Source of the DNA: a virus
Lineage: Duplodnaviria > Caudoviricetes
Strand: one strand, 5' to 3'
IMG/VR virus record: IMGVR_UViG_3300030104_000859
Location: 1 to 59,963 of that record
DNA: 59,963 nt
In this document: positions 47,443-57,500 of the stretch, piece by piece
Layout of the letters: each line of letters begins with the position of its first letter
Position numbering within the stretch: position 1 is the first letter of the stretch
Notes under the pieces: generated by a model
Database searches by the model: none
Told to the model about the DNA's origin: nothing
The model's input: the letters and a program-made list of their open reading frames with translations, nothing else
Position numbers and translations under genes: made by a program

Positions 47443-47455
47443 ATAGGAGATACTA

Positions 47456-48238
47456 ATGAAAAAAAGAGAAAGAATATATAAGATATTTATAGGGTATGAT
47501 CCTAAAGAGAGAGTAGCTGCTATAGTACTTGATCACCTCTTAAGAAGAGATACACCAGAGACTATGGATATAACTTTCCTTGATAAAGAAAAGTTAGAAC
47601 GTGCTGGTTTATTGTATAGACCCTATCAAATGATTAATGGACAGATGATTGATACAAAAGATCAACGTCCTTTTTCTACACAGTTTAGCTTTAGTCGTTT
47701 TCTTATACCGGCCCTAATGCTTTGGGATGGATGGGCTTTGTATATGGATTGTGATATGTTTCCAAGAACAGACATAACAGAATTGTTTAAAGAGTATGAT
47801 GATCCTGACCTACCCCTCTATTGTGTTAAGCATAAGTATGAACCTACTGCTGAATACAAGATGGATAATCAGAAACAATGTACCTATCCTAGAAAGAATT
47901 GGTCAAGCCTTATGTTGTTTAACTGTGGACATGAATTAAATAAAGAGCTTACTCCTATGGTTGTCAACAGTCAGAGTGGTTCTTATCTACACCAGTTTAA
48001 ATGGTTGCCTAACAGAGACAGTCTTATTGGTTCTATACATGAAGAATGGAATTGGCTGGATGGTCATTCACCAGAGGATATAGAAGCAAAGAACGTACAC
48101 TTCACAACAGGTGGCCCTTGGTTTAAAGAGTGGAAGTGTATAAGAGCAAAGGATGGAGAGTATGCTGCTGAATGGAATGCAGACTACAGTAATATAGCTT
48201 TATTTAGATCAAAGAAAGATTCAATAGATGAAATATAA
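47456..48238 (+). CDS. Glycosyltransferase (GT-A, GT8-like)
   Basis: 'IFIGYD', 'STQFSFSRFL.P', DxD 'MDCDM', 'YPRKNWSS.MLFN', 'WNWL' and 'HFT.GGPW' motifs. Confidence 0.85.
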   Translation: MKKRERIYKIFIGYDPKERVAAIVLDHLLRRDTPETMDITFLDKEKLERAGLLYRPYQMINGQMIDTKDQRPFSTQFSFSRFLIPALMLWDGWALYMDCDMFPRTDITELFKEYDDPDLPLYCVKHKYEPTAEYKMDNQKQCTYPRKNWSSLMLFNCGHELNKELTPMVVNSQSGSYLHQFKWLPNRDSLIGSIHEEWNWLDGHSPEDIEAKNVHFTTGGPWFKEWKCIRAKDGEYAAEWNADYSNIALFRSKKDSIDEI

Positions 48239-50597
48239 TATCGTAACAGTTTTTGATGAGACTCTTCTACAACAGAGTACCATCACATTACTTAATGAGT
48301 TCAGAGATAATTGGGAAAAAGATATAGACTTCCATTGCTACTATTATAATATAGATCTGGCAAACTATTCTTTACCTCAAGCACCTAACATACATTACCA
48401 TAATCTTCTAGAGGTAGAGGACTACAAAAACTTTTTAAAAGAGTATGGTAAACATGACGGAACAGAAGGTAAGACTGTACCTTACAGTGAGAATATAGAT
48501 GCTGTTAAATATCTTTCTAAAGTTATGGCTGTAACTGAGTGTGCTTTTAGTAATATAAATTGGGTTGTATGGATTGATCCTACATGTATAAACATAAAGC
48601 CAATCTCTGTAAAAGCTCTAGACTCTATGTTCCCTGCTAAAGATCCTATAGATATACTTACCATAAAAGATCATGATTATTTTATGGCCTTTAATATGAT
48701 AAGGCAAACATCCTCCGATCTTCTTGGTGATCTAAGGGGTGCTTTTATTTCTGGAGAGTTTACTAACTATAGAGAGTGGAGCTATACTTTTATACTTAAT
48801 AGATTAATAACTATTTATTCTGCACATGGTATGCACATTCATGAGATAGAAGAAGAGCAGTTGAAGTCTGTTGGTGTTGTTAGTCTTACCGATAGAAAGA
48901 ATATGGGTATTCGAGATGCTGATGGTAATCGTATCATTCAGCTATCAGATAAAGATACAACTCCAGATATACTACCTAACAGATACAGACAGTTAGCTGA
49001 TCTTATACGTTTCTATGAACCAACTCGTATTCTTGAAACTGGTACATGGAATGGAGGTAGAGCTATCGAGATGGCTTTGGCTGCATTTGATAAGAACAAA
49101 GAGGTTCACTATATAGGATTTGATTTGTTTGAGGATGCTACTCCACAGACAGATCATGAAGAGTTTAATGTTAAACCTCACAATACACTTGAAGCTGTTG
49201 AAAAAAGACTAAAAGAGTTTCAAGAACATATGAAGCAGAAAGAAGATAAGATATTTACCTTTGAACTAACCAAAGGAAATGTTAGAGATACATTAAAGGA
49301 TAAAAAGTTTACATCTTCTGATGCTACAGTTGCACTGATAGGTAGTGGTAATAGTGTAGAAACTGTAGCAGTAGAGTATGAAGCACTTAAAGAAGTGCCA
49401 GTTGTTATAGCTGATCATTACTTTACTGAAGAAGAAGATGACAAGGGAATACCCCCTGAGAAATATCAAGGAGTTAAGGATGCATTCAACAATGTTAAAA
49501 CAAAAAAAGTCGATGCTCAAAAGACAACTGATGATGGTTGGACTTCTTTCGATGAACAATCAACCACTCGAAAGTATCTCTTACCTTCGGGTGACAAAGT
49601 ATCTGGTGGTGGGAATACTCACCTTGTTGTGTTTCTTCATGATCATAACCTAAAGGACATACCAGAGGATCTTAAGAGAGTTCCTATTATTGTACACCCA
49701 AGAGACTGTGTACCAAAGGATTATATCAAGAACAATATTAAATCCAATATGACTTTGATTGAACCTAAGAAGTGGTTGACCAAACATCCCGGCCATAAGG
49801 GTGTATCTGCTGTTATATCTGCTGGCCCTTATATAGACTATGAAGAACTTAGACAGTTCGTAAAAGATAATCCTGATGCTAAACTTATCTCTGTTAAACA
49901 TGCATATCCCCACCTAATAGAGAATGGTATTACACCTTGGGCTTGTATTATACTTGATCCTAGACCTATAACAGGAGTGTCTACTCACAACATTGTACGT
50001 AAAGATTTATTTAAAGATATAAATCTGGATACAAAATTCTTTGTAGCTTCTATGACTGATCCATCTGTTACTAACTTTCTTATAGAGAGTAAAGCTAATA
50101 TATGGGGATGGCATGCCTTTACTGATTCATTGAGAAGCAACGATGAGCAGGGTACACAGATACAAAACCAACAGGTAAAACTATCAGAGGATCTAGGTAT
50201 ACCTCAAGGGGCTACTCTAATTACTGGTGGTACTTGTGCTGCCATGAGAGGTATCGGTCTTCTGCATACTCTAGGCTTTAGAGATATACATCTATTTGGT
50301 TTTGATTGTTGTCGTGAAGAACCTAGCAATGAAGAGAAGACTGAAACTGTAGGTGATATAGAGGGAGGAGAAACTCCAAAGCCTAAGTATATAGAAGTTA
50401 ATGTTAAAGATACTACATACTGGACTACTGGTGAGCTACTAGCTATGGCACAGGATTGTGAGAAAGTCTTTGGAGATGAAGGACTTGAAGGAGTACTGTC
50501 CTTTCATGGTAAGAAGACAATGGTATCAGATCTCTGGGATATTAAAGAAGAGAAACTAAAAAAACTAAGGCCACCTTTTGAGGGGTACTACGAATGA
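48228..50597 (+). CDS. Three-domain fusion: GT-like, class I SAM methyltransferase, and Maf/DUF115 (MptE-like) domain
   Basis: N-terminal 'WVVWID' GT-like region; 'ILETGTWNG...YIGFDLFE' MTase; C-terminal 'VISAGP...LDPRP...GGT.A.MR...L...LGFR.IHLFGFDC'. Confidence 0.7.
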   Translation: MKYNIVTVFDETLLQQSTITLLNEFRDNWEKDIDFHCYYYNIDLANYSLPQAPNIHYHNLLEVEDYKNFLKEYGKHDGTEGKTVPYSENIDAVKYLSKVMAVTECAFSNINWVVWIDPTCINIKPISVKALDSMFPAKDPIDILTIKDHDYFMAFNMIRQTSSDLLGDLRGAFISGEFTNYREWSYTFILNRLITIYSAHGMHIHEIEEEQLKSVGVVSLTDRKNMGIRDADGNRIIQLSDKDTTPDILPNRYRQLADLIRFYEPTRILETGTWNGGRAIEMALAAFDKNKEVHYIGFDLFEDATPQTDHEEFNVKPHNTLEAVEKRLKEFQEHMKQKEDKIFTFELTKGNVRDTLKDKKFTSSDATVALIGSGNSVETVAVEYEALKEVPVVIADHYFTEEEDDKGIPPEKYQGVKDAFNNVKTKKVDAQKTTDDGWTSFDEQSTTRKYLLPSGDKVSGGGNTHLVVFLHDHNLKDIPEDLKRVPIIVHPRDCVPKDYIKNNIKSNMTLIEPKKWLTKHPGHKGVSAVISAGPYIDYEELRQFVKDNPDAKLISVKHAYPHLIENGITPWACIILDPRPITGVSTHNIVRKDLFKDINLDTKFFVASMTDPSVTNFLIESKANIWGWHAFTDSLRSNDEQGTQIQNQQVKLSEDLGIPQGATLITGGTCAAMRGIGLLHTLGFRDIHLFGFDCCREEPSNEEKTETVGDIEGGETPKPKYIEVNVKDTTYWTTGELLAMAQDCEKVFGDEGLEGVLSFHGKKTMVSDLWDIKEEKLKKLRPPFEGYYE

Positions 50598-51337
50598 GTG
50601 ATATACAGGTGATAAAACAACCCCATCCTAATGCTCAACCTCCTGTAGAAAGGAAAGAGATACAGGTAGATTCTAGTCTAAGCAGAAACAATCCTTCAGA
50701 GAGATATAAAAATCTAGTTAAAGAATATAAGACTATGCATAGTTCTGCTAATCGTATGTTTAATGGAAGAAGCCTTGTAAAGTTTACTGATATTATTCAT
50801 AGCTTTATTGAAAAAAATAAATGTAAAACTTTACTAGACTATGGCTGTGGTAAAGGTCATCTCTATACAGATAAGTATGATACAGTATCAGATCAAATAG
50901 ATAAACCTGTTAATGAGATATGGGAATTGGAAAGCTTTAGACTTTTTGATCCGGGCTACCCAGAACACAGTGAATTACCGAAAGGTAAGTATGATGCTGT
51001 TGTATCTACGGATGTTCTTGAACACGTACCAGAGACAGATCTTGTATGGGTACTGGATGAGATATTAAACTATGCAGATAAGATGGTCTTTCTAAATATA
51101 GCTTGCTTCAAAGCACTCAAGACATTATCTGATGGTAGTAATGCACACGTATCTGTATTCAATCACCTTGATTGGCTGGAGCTTATAGCTGCTAGGTTCA
51201 ATCACTTTAAACATCTTAGTGTATATATCTTTTTCGATATGTTTACAGAGGATGGACAGATGGGATTGAAGGGATTTAAAATATCCCATGAAGACAATAC
51301 AATAAGAGTAATTCAACTACAACAAATGGAGGGGTAA
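50594..51337 (+). CDS. Class I SAM-dependent methyltransferase
   Basis: 'LLDYGCGKG', 'FDPG' and 'YDAVVSTDVLEHVPE' motifs. Confidence 0.85.
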   Translation: MSDIQVIKQPHPNAQPPVERKEIQVDSSLSRNNPSERYKNLVKEYKTMHSSANRMFNGRSLVKFTDIIHSFIEKNKCKTLLDYGCGKGHLYTDKYDTVSDQIDKPVNEIWELESFRLFDPGYPEHSELPKGKYDAVVSTDVLEHVPETDLVWVLDEILNYADKMVFLNIACFKALKTLSDGSNAHVSVFNHLDWLELIAARFNHFKHLSVYIFFDMFTEDGQMGLKGFKISHEDNTIRVIQLQQMEG

Positions 51338-51742
51338 ATGTTAGGTATAGCAGACTCAGTAATAGGAATAGCAGGGAAAGTTCTTGATAAGTTTGTCGAG
51401 GATAAAGACCTTAAAAAGAAATTAGATCATGAGTTAAGATCACAGATTGTATCCTTGGATCTGGCTCAAGCTCAAACGAATCTGGAGCAAAGCAAGCACT
51501 CATCTATCTTCGTTGCCGGGGCTAGACCGGCCATCATGTGGATATGTGCCTTTGGTTTGGGTTGGCAGTTTGTCTTTCAACCTGTAGCTGTATGGGGTAT
51601 AGCTGTTAGTGGAGCAGATGTAGTTCTTCCTGTTATTCAAACAGAAGGACTTATGAGTTTAACTCTTGCCCTTCTAGGTCTCGGTTCTATGAGAACGGCT
51701 GAGAAATGGAAAGGTGTTCAAAGAAATAATATGAAAAGATGA
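51338..51742 (+). CDS. Holin (GTA 3TM-like)
   Basis: 'N.E..KH.S.FVAG.RP.I.W.C' motif, TM segments and 'LLGLG.MRT.EK.KGV'. Confidence 0.8.
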   Translation: MLGIADSVIGIAGKVLDKFVEDKDLKKKLDHELRSQIVSLDLAQAQTNLEQSKHSSIFVAGARPAIMWICAFGLGWQFVFQPVAVWGIAVSGADVVLPVIQTEGLMSLTLALLGLGSMRTAEKWKGVQRNNMKR

Positions 51743-51915
51743 TTGAAAGATTCCTAAATTGGTTACAGAAAAAACTTGAAGGAAAGAAAAAAGAACCTAG
51801 ATATTTAGGAGGGAAACATAATAAATAATATATTCATTCCTATTTTAGGTTTGTGGTCTATCTTTGTACTAAGTATAATTATTATTGATATTCTTTGTGG
51901 AAAGTGTATAACTTC

Positions 51916-52176
51916 ATGACTGAAACTAAACTAACTAAACAAACTCCAACTCATACTATAGATTGGTATATTAAATGGGTAGCTTCTATTATACTTGTTG
52001 TTGCTGTAATACTGACAAGTAATAATATCTACCCATACAATCTTATCTTCCATGCTATTGGTATGCTTGGTTGGTTTATAGTTGCAATGTTCTGGAATGA
52101 TAGAGCATTACTTATTATTAATGCAGTATCATTTGCTTTACTTGTTGATGGAATGGTATCCTATTATGTTAAATGA
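51916..52176 (+). CDS. Small membrane protein (DUF6552-like)
   Basis: 'DWYIKW.AS...YPYN......G..GW..V...WNDRAL...N' motif. Confidence 0.65.
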   Translation: MTETKLTKQTPTHTIDWYIKWVASIILVVAVILTSNNIYPYNLIFHAIGMLGWFIVAMFWNDRALLIINAVSFALLVDGMVSYYVK

Positions 52177-52669
52177 TAAACAAGAGAAGTTTGCTCAAGC
52201 TTATGTTCTTCATCGTAATGCTACTGAAGCTGCAAAGGCAGCAGGTTATGCAGCAGCATCTGCCAACAATCAAGGATATAGATTACTACAGTCTGATGAA
52301 GTTGTAGAACGTATCACTCAACTTGAACAAGAACTTGAAACAGATGTAGATGTTATTGAAGAGATAGAAAATCAATATGCATTTGCAAAAGCAAACGGAC
52401 ATACCAATAGTGCAATCAAAGCACTCGAATTATTATCTAGAATACGAGGAGCAAATTCAGATCTTAATTCTAGTCTAGATGAAGAGACATTGGAGACAGC
52501 AATTATAGGTTGTCTTAATGTTTTAGGTGAAGAAAAAGTGTATAATCTACTATCTAAGTGTAATTTTACAGACTTTAAAGAGAAAACAGGGCTAGAGAGC
52601 GTCACTGAGGGGCCATCTAAGGAGTCTCTGGACCCTACCCACCAGAAAGAAGTAGATGCTTCTGTATGA
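52166..52669 (+). CDS. terS: Terminase small subunit
   Basis: 'LNDKQEKFAQAY....NATEAAKAAGY....A...G.RLL' HTH signature and 'AIKALELL'. Confidence 0.75.
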   Translation: MLNDKQEKFAQAYVLHRNATEAAKAAGYAAASANNQGYRLLQSDEVVERITQLEQELETDVDVIEEIENQYAFAKANGHTNSAIKALELLSRIRGANSDLNSSLDEETLETAIIGCLNVLGEEKVYNLLSKCNFTDFKEKTGLESVTEGPSKESLDPTHQKEVDASV

Positions 52670-52693
52670 CGCTTAAAATGCCATACAGAGCAT
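52656..52693. terminator. Inverted repeat at the convergence of the two arms
   Basis: ATGCTTCTGTATG...CATACAGAGCAT. Confidence 0.45.
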
Positions 52694-52828
52694 TTACCTT
52701 CCTTGACCCCTATATTTCTTGAAGCTACGTCTTTTATGCTTATTCTTAGGTTTAGATAGAGGACTTGCCCCTATGCTGGTACGTTTCTTGGTAGGTATAG
52801 TATAGACAAAAACTTTCTTCTGAGCCAT
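52694..52828 (-). CDS. 44-aa basic peptide (…HKRRSFKKYRGQGR), not in the ORF track
   Basis: Manual translation; TAATG overlap with the upstream gene. Confidence 0.6.
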   Translation of the reverse strand: MAQKKVFVYTIPTKKRTSIGASPLSKPKNKHKRRSFKKYRGQGR

Positions 52829-53829
52829 TATTTCTCACCTAAAGATTTTAGTCCCTTATCCCAAATATTTAATCCTTCTTTATCTTTAAAACGATTCCAC
52901 CATTCACCACTTTTTATACTGTTAGGTAAATCTTTTATATCTGGAAATGATTCAGACCATTTATAAAATTTATTCATATCCTCTAAATCTACTGATAAAT
53001 ACTTATCACCATCTTTATTAACTTTTATTTTAACAGAAGGAACATCAGCTTTTAAATCCCATGCATCACCTTTAGCTAACATATCTTCAAAGAACTTTGC
53101 TTCTTTAGGTGGTAGTTTTTTTTCTACTTTATTAACTAAACTAGATAAACCTTCTTCACGAGATTTTACTTTCTTTATATGTTCAGGAAAAACAAGTATC
53201 TGTTGAGAGTTATCTTCAAAATCTTTAAAGACAATAGAATCATATCCTTCTTCTTTTATCTTATCTATATTATCTTTAACATATAATCTATCTTTATTAT
53301 TTTTTACTATATAAGGTTTAGTTAAGTCACCCATATCAAAACGTGCTACAGTCTGTCCAGCAGAAAAAGGTTCACCTTTCTCATCTATACCTTTTAAAAG
53401 ATTACCTGTAGTTGTATACGTATCTAGATCTTTTGAACGATATCTGGTATCCCCTTTTCCTCTAAGTAATGGTTCAAAGCCAACCTTTTCTGATGCTCTT
53501 ATATTTGCATATCGTTCTGCTACTTTAGGATTTACAGTAAAGTAATGACCTTCTCCTAAAAATTGATCTAAAGGATGTGATTGAGATATATCAAAAAAAT
53601 CTTCTCCTACTCTTTCTCCACGAATAGTTCCATGATATCCTGTTAGTCCTGTTTCATCTATTTGAGGTGGTATTTCTTCTAGTTTAGAAGCTGGAGATTC
53701 ATCAAAGATTTTTCTAAGAGGAGATTTAGTAGGTTCACCTAAACTAGATAGTCCTCCTTTACCAGAAGGTTTGCTAACATTTTTAGCTAGAACTTTAGTA
53801 AGTTCTTTTATAATAGGAGCAACAGCCAC
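52828..53829 (-). CDS. ADP-ribosyltransferase-like (ART-PolyVal-type) protein
   Basis: 'GYHGT...FD........LGEGHYFT..P.VA..YA...GYDSI.F.......ILVF.....K' motif. Confidence 0.6.
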   Translation of the reverse strand: MAVAPIIKELTKVLAKNVSKPSGKGGLSSLGEPTKSPLRKIFDESPASKLEEIPPQIDETGLTGYHGTIRGERVGEDFFDISQSHPLDQFLGEGHYFTVNPKVAERYANIRASEKVGFEPLLRGKGDTRYRSKDLDTYTTTGNLLKGIDEKGEPFSAGQTVARFDMGDLTKPYIVKNNKDRLYVKDNIDKIKEEGYDSIVFKDFEDNSQQILVFPEHIKKVKSREEGLSSLVNKVEKKLPPKEAKFFEDMLAKGDAWDLKADVPSVKIKVNKDGDKYLSVDLEDMNKFYKWSESFPDIKDLPNSIKSGEWWNRFKDKEGLNIWDKGLKSLGEK

Positions 53830-54207
53830 CTACTTATAACTCCACACCCAAGGTCTAGGATGTACATCACTATTCTCCATAGTATCTATATGAATAAACC
53901 TTCTCTCATGTGGCCCTCTCTGAGAGACACCTATACCAGTGAAGCCATATTGTATAGCTAATCTCATTAGTCTATAAGCTGCCTTACCACTGACCACTAC
54001 ATCAACTGCTTTACCATACAGGTGAGGTGAGTTAGATGCCCCACCTATTGTAGTATTATAAGCTATACTTCTGTATCCCGAACTTATAATCATAGGCTCA
54101 TTAAATTCTTTTCTGAGTGCTACAAGCTTTTCCATAAACTCTTCGTCCATTTCACATTCGTCTGTACCACTACACTTTAATTCGTCTATTGAGAAAAAAT
54201 CCCACAT
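53830..54207 (-). CDS. Peptidase M15A endolysin
   Basis: 'F...EL.C', 'ISSGYR...YN...GG...S.H..GKAVD' and 'GIG......FIHID' motifs. Confidence 0.9.
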   Translation of the reverse strand: MWDFFSIDELKCSGTDECEMDEEFMEKLVALRKEFNEPMIISSGYRSIAYNTTIGGASNSPHLYGKAVDVVVSGKAAYRLMRLAIQYGFTGIGVSQRGPHERRFIHIDTMENSDVHPRPWVWSYK

Positions 54208-54566
54208 TATTCTTTTTTCCTTTTTACTGTTGTTGGATGTGTACCATTGTGCATATGATAAAGTCTATCAACATCTCTCTCTAAATCTTTTAGACGAGTT
54301 GCTATAGCTCCATCTCTTTCACTTTGTTCCTTCAGTATTTGAGGAGACAGTATATCATTTGACATTGTATCTATACTGCTGATAGCTACTGCTTGTTTAG
54401 CTTCTACTTTATCAAGTCGAGTATTAAGCTTATTAACTTCAGCTTTCATCTCTTCCATCTGAGCAATCATACCACGTATGGTAGTCTTGAGAACCCCATA
54501 GGTAGCAGCAAGTCCTGCCAGTACAGTACCTAATGTAACAAGTTCTCTTGGGCCTAGTTCAAGCAT
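54207..54566 (-). CDS. TM + coiled-coil protein (possible lysis accessory)
   Basis: N-terminal hydrophobic helix followed by heptads; adjacent to the endolysin. Confidence 0.5.
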   Translation of the reverse strand: MLELGPRELVTLGTVLAGLAATYGVLKTTIRGMIAQMEEMKAEVNKLNTRLDKVEAKQAVAISSIDTMSNDILSPQILKEQSERDGAIATRLKDLERDVDRLYHMHNGTHPTTVKRKKE

Positions 54567-57500
54567 TAGTCACCTTTAATTTTAGTACTTTCATATAATC
54601 TATATAGTTCTTCTATATCTTGTATAGGAACAGTTTTACCTGTATTTCTTAAAAATCTAAAATCTTCATCTGTTAAAACATCTGGCATAAATCTATTATC
54701 CCATGCATTTTGTATAATTTTTTGAATCGCATTGTTAACTTTATATTTACCATCTTGAGTAATTCCTCTAAAATAATCTTCTGAAGAAGGACTAAGAGGA
54801 TCACCATCAGTTAATATATTAAAAGCATCTGCTGCTTTTTTTAATCTTTTGTACTCCCTTACTTTTATATCTTGTGAGGATAGATAAGCTTCCAATAAAT
54901 CTTCAGGTGAATTTTGTGTTTGATCTTTATAAGCAGGAGAATCTTTAAAAGCTTTCCTACTTCCTTGAACTTGTCTTGCTAAAGCAGGTAATTTTTTACC
55001 TAATGCTGTTGTTAAATCAAGTCTTTGAGTTTGTAATCCAGCTAAGTTAGGCCATAATGCTACCTGATCTTCTGTTAAAGTATTACCATATTTACCTACT
55101 GCTCCTAATCCAAATTCCTGTCTTTCTTTTAAACTTCTTTCATATTGTAAACGCTTACTAAGAAGAGGAACAAATCCCGGTTCAAAAGGACCAACAGTTG
55201 TAAGTAAAGCTTGTTCCCATATACCGGGTTGAAGAGGATCAAAATCTTTATTAGCTAGTTTTAATGCAGCTTCTGTTATCATTGAAGGACCAACAAACGG
55301 ACCCATAGCTTTATCCCATAAACCTAAACCTAATACTCCCCAATCAGGTTCTTCTTCAGATAAAGCTGCTTCAGATGTAGCTCTAGCTATATATTTAATA
55401 TAGTCATAAGGATCAATAGGACCAAGATTAATAAAATCTACACCAAGCCTATTATTTTTATCTCTATTAATAGGACTTAAGTAAACTCTAGGAACATTTT
55501 TATTATATGAAGCACCAGCCTCATCAATAGCTTTATCTTGTTCTGGTGTTATTCCAAAAAGATTCATTGATTGTCTAACAGCTATATCTCCCCCAAGTCC
55601 GGCTACAGTCATTCCCCCTAATCTTTTAAAACCCTGTCTCATTAATACAGGATTACCTGACTTAATATCACGAAGAGTATATTTACCAAGATTAAGAGTT
55701 GTTCTAATCATTTCAGCAGGAAAAGATAGAAAGTCTCCTATAGGCGCTCTTCTTAATTGTTTTAATCTTTTATTAACTAAGTTATAGTTAGGCATTAAAT
55801 TACGAGTACGTTCAGCAGCTAATTCCATAAGCCGATCTCTACTCATTGCACCACTTTTTAATTCATTTTTATAAGCCTTTTCTAAATAATCTTTTGTCTT
55901 ATTAAAATGAACAAGCTTAAACATATTATCTTCATCTCTATAAAGTTGCATAGTTTTTTTAGCTATTGTTTTTGGAATACCAAGTGTAGCCTTATCCATT
56001 ATTCTTGTAACTGTATTATCATAACCATCTTTAACCATATCTCTTAAACTAGCTCTTACAGTTTCAGCCCTAACATCACTATCAATTACACCAAGTCTTT
56101 GTAATTCTCCAATCTCTTTAGCAAATTCTCTATCATTTTTTCCAAGTATTCTTTTACTTAAAAATGCAGCTTGTCCTCTACCATAAGGAAGAAAACCATT
56201 AGCAACCATCATAACATTATTACCCATTACATTTCTACCATGTGTAGCAGGAGAAGCAACAGTTTTCATTATTTGAGAAGTAGCCTTCATTTTAATCCAA
56301 TGTCTAATCCAAGGCGCACTAGGGGCAGCTAAATCTAAACCATTTTTAATAATATCTTCATATGCCTTATCAACAAATAAACCTCTTAAAGGATTATCAA
56401 AACTCTTTACAGCTTCTCTACCAGACAAACCTATTCTATCATCTATTGCTTTACCTAAATCAAATAAATCATCGCTAGGAGATATATAAACAGGATCACC
56501 TGCTTCTGTAACTTGTTTAGGATTTAAAGTTCCTCTAGTAGCTAAAGGAGCAACTTCTCTACCAGCCCTATCTACTCTTTTTCTTGTAAGAACCCTTTTC
56601 ATTTCATTTAGATAGTCTTGTTCTGCTTTAAGAACAGAAAGTTTTTCAAAAGTTTTTCCAAAGTTTTTATATGGATCTTTATATTCTCCCCATAAAGCTC
56701 TCAACTCAGGAGGTTGATACTTTCTTTTTGAAAATGGTTTTGTAGAACCTCTAGCAAATTCAGCTAATCTACTTACAAATTGATCAGGATTTTCACCTAC
56801 CCAATTCTTTTTTGTAACAAGTTTAGTAGCTTCAGTTGGTTTCATTCCTGCTGCTATATATTTTAATACTGGTTCCATATCTTTATTTGCAATTCCTACT
56901 TGTTCTCTTAAGTAAGTTTCTGCATCTGATTTAATCTTATTAAATTTTTCTTCTCCTACCTTTTTTTTAAGACTATCTAATCCTCTCCATGATGGATCAT
57001 CAAAAGCTCTGTAAGATCTATTAATATAAGTTCCAAGATTTTTATCTATTTTAGCTTTCATTTTACCTGTTCTTAATCTTGATCCTACTATATTAGATAA
57101 GTTATCTATTGAATCTCTCATTTCTTTTACAAGTAATCCTACTTCTTTAGTTTCATCATTTCCAATTAAATCATCCATTATTTTTACATCAGAATTTTCT
57201 TTTGTAGCTCCAGCTAAAGCATCATTTATAGTCTCTAATACTTTTGGATCATTAGCTTTAGAACCATAAGTAGATTTCATTGCTTGTTTAAGACTTTGAC
57301 CAATACTTTCAGTAAGTGTTACTGCTTCTCTTCCTGCTCCATCTCTTCTTATAGTAAGAGCTAAAGTATCCGCATCTGTTCCTTTAGTAGAAGACCAATT
57401 TCTTAAAGGTATTCTTAATCTTTCTAGTAAGCCTACTACAGGCACATCATCTGATATTATAGAAGACTTATCCATTCTATTAGCAGCACTTGCTATTGCT

